From: an uncultured virus (IMG/VR IMGVR_UViG_3300010352_001897)
Taxonomy: Duplodnaviria > Heunggongvirae > Uroviricota > Caudoviricetes
Virus record (IMG/VR): IMGVR_UViG_3300010352_001897
DNA: 64,000 nt
Direction: 5' to 3' (one strand)
In this document: piece by piece, positions 57,726 through 64,000 of the stretch
Layout of the letters: every line of letters begins with the position of its first letter
Numbering within the stretch: the first letter of the stretch is position 1
Translations under genes and position numbers: made by a program
The notes under the pieces: model-generated
The model's input: only the letters and a program-made list of their open reading frames with translations
What the model was told of the DNA's origin: nothing
The model's database searches: none

Positions 57726-59073
57726 CTGTTAGTACCTCAACATTGTCACCAGAATCATCAACAACGTTCTGAATGTTCATTGAAGATAATGCAGTTTCAG
57801 TTTCGGCTCTAGTGGCGTCAACGATTTTCATTATTGGCATATTGCCCTTGAGATAGAACTGCTTATCATTTGCACCGTATCTATTCTTAAGGATTTTTAC
57901 CAAGAATAGATCCTTACTCTTCATCATACTGTCTCTCATAATTGCATATCCGTTTGCACAGTACTTAATAATATCAATAGATTCACCGATATTTTTTGCA
58001 GAGACTTCAAGTGTCCCATATCCATCCCTATTAAGCTGAGAACAGCTAACAATTGGAAGATCACATTGTTTTGCTACATTCTCCAGTTCCTTCATAATGT
58101 ATCCTAGGTCTTCGTGACGCTTCCCTCCACTTTCCTTAGAGGAAACCATACAGTTGACATAGTCAATGAATATGATATCTGGTATAAATTTTTCTTTATA
58201 TGAAAGCTCTTGCAGAATGTTTCTTAAATCGTGTGCAGTCATTTCGAATGATGGATATTCAATAATTTTCAAGTCTCCAGTACATAAACTGTTAATCTTG
58301 TTTTTAACGTCAACAATGTTGCAATGCTTTAATTCATTAACTTTAACTTCTAGAATATTTGCGGCGATCTTCTTAAAAATTTCGAAGTCAGGCATTTCTA
58401 GTGTGATATATAATGCATTGAATCCGTTGCTTATTGCGAATGCCGCATCGTTACATAAAAAAGTAGTCTTACCGATATTCGATTCACCAAAATACATTGA
58501 CACTGCTTTAGCCGGATGTCCTCCGTCAATTAAACAATTCAATGCCTTATAAGGTGAAGGTACTTTTTTAATCTTCAACTGTAAATAATTCATCAACGAG
58601 TCGAAATCTTTTTTGACTGACACTCCCATCTTAGTTTCAATGGTGAAGTTGACAGCTTTCTTTATCTCTTCAACTGCATGATTTATTTGATGGAAATTGT
58701 TTGACTTCCAAGTGCTGAAAGTACTTTGCATTGCCAACAGCGTCAACTTACCTCTAAGGAAGTTTTCAATCTGTTTAACAAGAAAATCATCAGCATAATG
58801 TGAAAGATTTATTTTACCAATTTCCTCAAATCGGTCCTTAGCAGTTCCTTCCAAATAAAAATCAAATAATTCTCTCGTTCTTGGATATCTGTCCTTCTCA
58901 TCATAAAATTCTCTAATTTTTTTAACTATTTTCTGATTATCATCTGAAAATAATTCTGGCATGAGAATGGGAAAGACCTTGTTACCTATTTCTGTTTTCT
59001 TAAAACAGGCTTTAATAACAAGGTCTTCAATATCATTCGGACTCATATTCTCAAAGTCGTCAGTGCTCATCAA
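57712..59073 (-). CDS. gp41: Replicative DnaB-like helicase
   Basis: Walker A GESNIGKT, YITLEM, IFIDYVN, SCSQLNRDG, LKNRYG. Confidence 0.95.
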   Translation of the reverse strand: MMSTDDFENMSPNDIEDLVIKACFKKTEIGNKVFPILMPELFSDDNQKIVKKIREFYDEKDRYPRTRELFDFYLEGTAKDRFEEIGKINLSHYADDFLVKQIENFLRGKLTLLAMQSTFSTWKSNNFHQINHAVEEIKKAVNFTIETKMGVSVKKDFDSLMNYLQLKIKKVPSPYKALNCLIDGGHPAKAVSMYFGESNIGKTTFLCNDAAFAISNGFNALYITLEMPDFEIFKKIAANILEVKVNELKHCNIVDVKNKINSLCTGDLKIIEYPSFEMTAHDLRNILQELSYKEKFIPDIIFIDYVNCMVSSKESGGKRHEDLGYIMKELENVAKQCDLPIVSCSQLNRDGYGTLEVSAKNIGESIDIIKYCANGYAIMRDSMMKSKDLFLVKILKNRYGANDKQFYLKGNMPIMKIVDATRAETETALSSMNIQNVVDDSGDNVEVLTDGNR

Positions 59074-59085
59074 ACTCCCTTTAGG

Positions 59086-60198
59086 TTATTGCTCCAAGTC
59101 TAACACTTCCTCTTCAACATAATCTTCGGATGCCAATCCAGAACCTCCGAAAGAAAATCTTTCCTTTACCTTCTCATTGATCAATGGTAGGATTTCCTTG
59201 ACAACCTCAGGATGCTTCCAAACTACCCCTTCGATAGTTGGGTACTCTCCCTTGGCATTTGCACCCTTATATATTAACAAATATTCAGTACTTCTTGGCG
59301 ATTTCCTCTTAATAATCGTCTCGTCTTCCAAAAATGCATCAAGCCCGTAGTATTGGTTAATTCCGTTTTCAAAGTTCAAATAAATGTCAACTTCAGAATT
59401 CTCAAGAGTCTTTCTAGACTTTGGATTCTTAGCGGTAATGAAAATACCAATCTGCTTCTTATCATCATTCTTTGCGGCTTTCTTTTTCAAAGAGATGATA
59501 GTACTTGCACCGTACTTTCCACCACCTCCACCAGAAACAGCCTGAGTAGGAACATATGCACCAATGACTTCATAAACATGGTTTACTGGAATAAGAGGAA
59601 TCTTAAGAACGGATAGATCCACACATAAATCCCTAAAGAGTTCTCTGAGTTGCTGTTGCTTGCTCATGTCCCTCTTAACTTCGCCCTTGTCAAGGTTCTT
59701 TTCAGCACCCTTAGACGATAACATACCAATAGAGTCAACTACGAGCAACAATTTGAATCTCTGTGCGTAGTTACTTTCATTAACTTCCTTGTTATAATAT
59801 TCCTTATACTTATCAACAATTGCATATGACTGAAGTCTCAAATCCTCAATTGTCTTAACAGGAAGGATTTGATAATGAACATCCTTTATCCATCCAAGTG
59901 GCTTAAAGGTATCTTCATCAACTGCACCTTCTGTTTCAAAGTAAACAACACAATATCCCATCTTCATTGCGTTGTGACAAATAAACTTAGTAAATAGTGA
60001 TTTACCTACCGACTCAATACCTGCAAACATTGTTGCCTTGTTATTAGGTATTCCCTTAAACATATCACCCGAGATCAATGCATTAAGGATATATGAACCA
60101 GTAGAAATCCACTCGTCGGTGATCCCTCTGAGATCACCTGCCTTAGTTAAATATTCGTTACCTGCCGATGCCACTATCTTTGAAAAATTAAACGCCAT
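59086..60198 (-). CDS. uvsX: RecA-like recombinase
   Basis: STGSYILNALISG, AGIESVGKS, VVDSIGML, NHVY, SGGGGGKY. Confidence 0.95.
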   Translation of the reverse strand: MAFNFSKIVASAGNEYLTKAGDLRGITDEWISTGSYILNALISGDMFKGIPNNKATMFAGIESVGKSLFTKFICHNAMKMGYCVVYFETEGAVDEDTFKPLGWIKDVHYQILPVKTIEDLRLQSYAIVDKYKEYYNKEVNESNYAQRFKLLLVVDSIGMLSSKGAEKNLDKGEVKRDMSKQQQLRELFRDLCVDLSVLKIPLIPVNHVYEVIGAYVPTQAVSGGGGGKYGASTIISLKKKAAKNDDKKQIGIFITAKNPKSRKTLENSEVDIYLNFENGINQYYGLDAFLEDETIIKRKSPRSTEYLLIYKGANAKGEYPTIEGVVWKHPEVVKEILPLINEKVKERFSFGGSGLASEDYVEEEVLDLEQ

Positions 60199-60231
60199 GT
60201 TATACTCCTTGTCATAGAAGTATAACAAATA

Positions 60232-63200
60232 TTACTTAGGCTTAAAGAATCTCCTAATAGATTCAGTGTCTCCATCAAAGACATTAGACCATCCATATAG
60301 ATCCAAAATGGTACTCAGAGGTGCCTTAAATGTCTTTGTCCACTGCGTCTCGTAGTCGATACTAAAGTATTTCAATAGCTCAGGAGGGAACGTTTCATTA
60401 TTGTATGAGATTGCCGAAATGTTGAACTTGTTAGGCTCCTTAACGTAGACCCACTTAACTTTAGTTCCTTCATTAATTGGCTCATATTTCTTCAAATCAG
60501 GATCTTCTTCTAATAGAAGATTCCACTTTAAAGCTCCCAATCTAGGTGCAGGATATGTGTTTGCGGCAGTTGGACCTAATGAGTTGATGGATACTGGCTT
60601 AGAGATTAGATGAATATTCTTAGGATCCATAAAGTCCTTTTTCAACATTCCTATTTTCTTTGCAATGATTGTTCTGTTATTCTCCTTAAATAATGACTCC
60701 AGCACTTCTTCAATGTGCATTTTAGACCACTTAGGAGTGTCCGATTTAACAAGCTCAACTCCAACGGCCTTGAGTCGCTTCTTAAACTTCTGATTGATTA
60801 ATAAGTCACCTTCATCGTATTGTAGATAGCAAATATAGTGCGCCTTAGACATTGCGACGAGCACTTCACTACATTTTTCTAACTTAAACCAAAGGTGATC
60901 TTCACGGTAATTATAATCCTTTGCCCATTTCTTAGTGATCTTACCAATAACATCATCAAGAACACAATGATTGAGTCTTAACGTGAACTCCGTTAAAGTC
61001 ATCTTTTCGAAATGCTTATCTGCCATTCCTTCAAAATATTTCGCAATTGCCTCGTTATAATCAGGACTTTCTTTTGAAGAGAATCTATTCTTTACAGCCA
61101 GGTATTCCTCAAATGTTCTTTCCCTATTCTTAAACGGTGCAAAAATATCATTAAAGGTTAAGAAGAATGAGTCAGTATGTGCCAGAACTACTCGACGCTG
61201 TCTTGCTAGCGATGCCCTAACATTCTCATCAAAGGACTTTTCATATTTCTCATCAATCTCACCTTTAATGGTGACATTGGCATATTCACCAAACTCAGTC
61301 TTAAATTGTTCATTGGTTTCGAGCTTAATATCTATCCATTTACATAGATATGATATTACGTGCTGAATGGCCTTATTACCAATCCCAGTGATCGTTGCGG
61401 CATTATGTATGTCGTAGAACTGGAAGTGGTTATTTCCTAACAATCCATATACTGAGTTTGCGAAGATTTTATAGGCGTTCTGCTTTCTCTTATAATAATC
61501 TGAAAGGTCCTTATCATATTGCTTTGATTCTGGGTCAGAATGTAGCTTTTGAAGACGCTTAAATTCACCCCTACCCTTTACAATTGTAGTGAGTAGTTCT
61601 GGAATAATTCCTTGCTTATCGTTGTCGTACCACACGCCTTCGAGAATAGATTGACTAAAGTTGCCTAATGGTTTATCTTTAGATAATACCTTTGTTTCAG
61701 GTGAAATATTGGCAGATCTGGCTATTGAAGGATACCATTCTTTAGCGTCAAATGATACCACATCCAACCATACTTTAGGGTTCATTCGAATGTATGCACC
61801 TTCATATCCCTCTTTAACGAAGTCTTGAAGGTAAGGAATTACTAACCCTTTTCTATGCATGTACGTTAAGAAGAATCCTAAAATTACACGCTTAGAGGTG
61901 AAGAAATATTCAAATGGTATTCTAGCTTCAGCGCAGGTTGCTATTAATGATTCACATAATCCCATCATATAATCTAAAAGAAATGTAAGGTTGGCGTCAA
62001 TAATGTTATACAGTACGAACATATCCCAGTCTTTATCTGCAAGACCAAGTCCACTATCACCGAGCTTAACCTTCCCTACTTCAAGCTCTTCATTTGCAAT
62101 AAAATCTAACTTATTGCTTTCCTTTTGACCTAGATGCTTAGTCATTTGCTTGTATAACACCAATAGGTCAATACAAGACACTCCTGCAATCACGGGGGAT
62201 AGTTCAGGTTTCTTAAATTGTTCATTAAATTTCTCAGTTAGATACACCTTACCGACTGGAGATAGTTTTATGTAATTGTAGCAATTAATCTTTTTACTAC
62301 GGTTTACGATATATGGGAAGTCAAATGCATTACAGTTATGTGTTTTTATTCCATAGTTAGTATTAAAATAATGAGATGTGGTTTCAATATCATACATGAG
62401 TTCATCTGTACTTTTTGAAATATTGTCAATTTTTACATAGTAATAATTGTCATAAAAAATATAATTTTTTAGTTTCGCCTTTGTATTTTTATTTTCAAAT
62501 ATTTCAATATTTGATATTTTGCTATTCTTGGCACCCACACACTTTAACTGTTTAATAAACTTACGATTTATTTCTTTTTTATGAATATGTATTGTTCCCT
62601 TTCCATATCCAAATAAAACTCCATTCCATGAAAGTAACTCCCCAATCTTAATAATATCGTCTCCATTAAAGTTACAGAATCCTATGTTATTTTTTGAAAC
62701 CCAACCATCTCCATCAATTAATCCAGAAAAGAATTCACAAAACTGAACATAAGATAGTCTAGACATATTTTCTAGATCTATGTTTTTTTTATTTTTGTCA
62801 TATATTAATGTCAGGAACATATTCATGAGTGCAGAATTGTGATGTCTAATTCTTCCACATGAATGTCCGTTTGATATGACATTGCTCTTTGACAAGTTTA
62901 GATTGTGTAGGGTGTTTAAATACCATTCCAATATTAGATTATCTTTATTATATAGTGCGATAGTATTTCTTTTATAATCATAGCTTCCGTCAGTATATAT
63001 TAGCCCTAATAATTTAAACACTTCATCTGAAATATTTTCATCTAAGTTAATAGTTGCAGTTGATTTTCCAGATAATATTGTTATTTCTTTTGACTTACTA
63101 ATTACTTCCAATAGATATGAATTATCAACATTAATCAATGATTTTAGATTTTGAAATGAACATTTATGGGCACGTTCTATTGCCCTATTATATCCAGGAA

Positions 63201-64000
63201 TTACCTTTCTTCCTTCAAAAATAATGTTCTTATATTTTTCATATGTACTTTCGTCCAATAATATGTTAAATTTTTCGTTTCTACCTGATTTGATTACATA
63301 CTCAACTAAATCTCGATAGCAATATCCTCTATTTTTATTTTCATTAATATCTACCTTCAAATACACATTATTATCTTCTAACAAGGGAATAATATCAGAA
63401 ACCCTTAGATCATATTCTTTATTGAAGTTAGAGGATTTATTATTAAAATAAACTCCCTTTTTTTCCATTTTTATTGGAAAGATATGGGAGTCGGAAGATA
63501 TTATTTTATGCTTATTAATTGTCTCTATTTTAAATGCTTGTTTAGTTCCAGTATTTGCCTTATTAACAATAGTTCCATCTAATAGAGTATTTTCTCCAAC
63601 TGAAACATTCTTGATTTTTAATATTCTGTCCTTTAACCATACTGACGAATTTTCAGAAATACAATTCCATCCTGAAAATATATCACATTTAACCTGTGAA
63701 CAATATTCAAAAAAATTCATTAACAATTCATATTCAGATGAACAATATACATATTCGTAGTTTTCATGTAATTTCAAGTCACCAAATTTATTATATATTT
63801 TCTTCACTTCATTATAATATCCATTTCTTTCCTTAAGAAGTTCATGTAACCTAACTTCATCTACAGGCTTTGTGCCAAATACTTTGTATTTTTTGTATTT
63901 GGTCGTATATATTGAAATTAGGTTGATTTCCCTTGGAGCGTCTGCTGGTTCTGGAAATCCTTTACCGTTAACCACCTCAATATCAATGTAACCAATATTA
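60232..64000 (-). CDS. gp43: Family B DNA polymerase with intein (5' end outside window)
   Basis: ExoI IDIE at window edge, ExoII GWN/C..FDFPY, ExoIII YNIID, motif A FDAKEWYPS, motif B KIFANSVYG, motif C AHTDS. Confidence 0.95.
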   Translation of the reverse strand, partial: NIGYIDIEVVNGKGFPEPADAPREINLISIYTTKYKKYKVFGTKPVDEVRLHELLKERNGYYNEVKKIYNKFGDLKLHENYEYVYCSSEYELLMNFFEYCSQVKCDIFSGWNCISENSSVWLKDRILKIKNVSVGENTLLDGTIVNKANTGTKQAFKIETINKHKIISSDSHIFPIKMEKKGVYFNNKSSNFNKEYDLRVSDIIPLLEDNNVYLKVDINENKNRGYCYRDLVEYVIKSGRNEKFNILLDESTYEKYKNIIFEGRKVIPGYNRAIERAHKCSFQNLKSLINVDNSYLLEVISKSKEITILSGKSTATINLDENISDEVFKLLGLIYTDGSYDYKRNTIALYNKDNLILEWYLNTLHNLNLSKSNVISNGHSCGRIRHHNSALMNMFLTLIYDKNKKNIDLENMSRLSYVQFCEFFSGLIDGDGWVSKNNIGFCNFNGDDIIKIGELLSWNGVLFGYGKGTIHIHKKEINRKFIKQLKCVGAKNSKISNIEIFENKNTKAKLKNYIFYDNYYYVKIDNISKSTDELMYDIETTSHYFNTNYGIKTHNCNAFDFPYIVNRSKKINCYNYIKLSPVGKVYLTEKFNEQFKKPELSPVIAGVSCIDLLVLYKQMTKHLGQKESNKLDFIANEELEVGKVKLGDSGLGLADKDWDMFVLYNIIDANLTFLLDYMMGLCESLIATCAEARIPFEYFFTSKRVILGFFLTYMHRKGLVIPYLQDFVKEGYEGAYIRMNPKVWLDVVSFDAKEWYPSIARSANISPETKVLSKDKPLGNFSQSILEGVWYDNDKQGIIPELLTTIVKGRGEFKRLQKLHSDPESKQYDKDLSDYYKRKQNAYKIFANSVYGLLGNNHFQFYDIHNAATITGIGNKAIQHVISYLCKWIDIKLETNEQFKTEFGEYANVTIKGEIDEKYEKSFDENVRASLARQRRVVLAHTDSFFLTFNDIFAPFKNRERTFEEYLAVKNRFSSKESPDYNEAIAKYFEGMADKHFEKMTLTEFTLRLNHCVLDDVIGKITKKWAKDYNYREDHLWFKLEKCSEVLVAMSKAHYICYLQYDEGDLLINQKFKKRLKAVGVELVKSDTPKWSKMHIEEVLESLFKENNRTIIAKKIGMLKKDFMDPKNIHLISKPVSINSLGPTAANTYPAPRLGALKWNLLLEEDPDLKKYEPINEGTKVKWVYVKEPNKFNISAISYNNETFPPELLKYFSIDYETQWTKTFKAPLSTILDLYGWSNVFDGDTESIRRFFKPK
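62335..63663 (-). mobile_element. Intein (443 aa) with LAGLIDADG homing endonuclease, inserted in PolB ExoII motif
   Basis: Starts CISENS, ends YDIETTSHYF...KTHN followed by Cys; LLGLIYTDGS and FSGLIDGDGW motifs; removal restores GWNCNAFDFPY. Confidence 0.93.

Noticed and set aside
280..59616. Many 60-190 aa ORFs antisense to or nested in long genes (e.g. 280..528, 15576..16016, 30706..31278, 36327..36716, 58166..58552)
   Set aside because: Shadow ORFs of well-supported genes, with no motifs, promoters or ribosome-binding sites
1..64000. tRNA or rRNA genes
   Set aside because: Intergenic spaces are short and no cloverleaf or T-loop signatures were recognised

Overview
A 64 kb segment of an AT-rich, large T4-superfamily myophage genome. 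It covers, in order: the tail and baseplate module (sheath, three tube-like paralogs, gp26/gp51, tape measure, gp48, gp53, gp27, gp5, gp6, gp25, gp7-like, fibres, gp3); the head module (portal, gp67-like, protease, scaffold, major capsid protein, neck); and a minus-strand replication module (sigma70-family factor, RuvC, HAD, dNMP kinase, primase, gp32, helicase, UvsX, intein-containing PolB). The main finding is an RNA-guided TnpB system embedded in the tail operon. (1) An intact tnpB with no transposase sits behind a phage late promoter; its omegaRNA guide matches the reconstructed empty tail-gene junction, while the resident copy of that junction is recoded. (2) About 2 kb away, an orphan omegaRNA (structure supported by compensatory base changes) ends a ~1.96 kb cargo segment that includes an ADP-ribosyltransferase gene. 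This segment splits a caspase-like peptidase gene exactly at its Gly-Ser-Cys motif, so the second guide would target the intact allele. Together these resemble an RNA-guided homing/gene-drive arrangement in a phage. Other signals: apparent complete avoidance of GCWGC, mostly leaderless late genes, an in-frame amber codon in a fibre gene, a truncated major-capsid paralog and atypical PolB motifs. All family calls come from motif recognition by eye and synteny, not from database searches.
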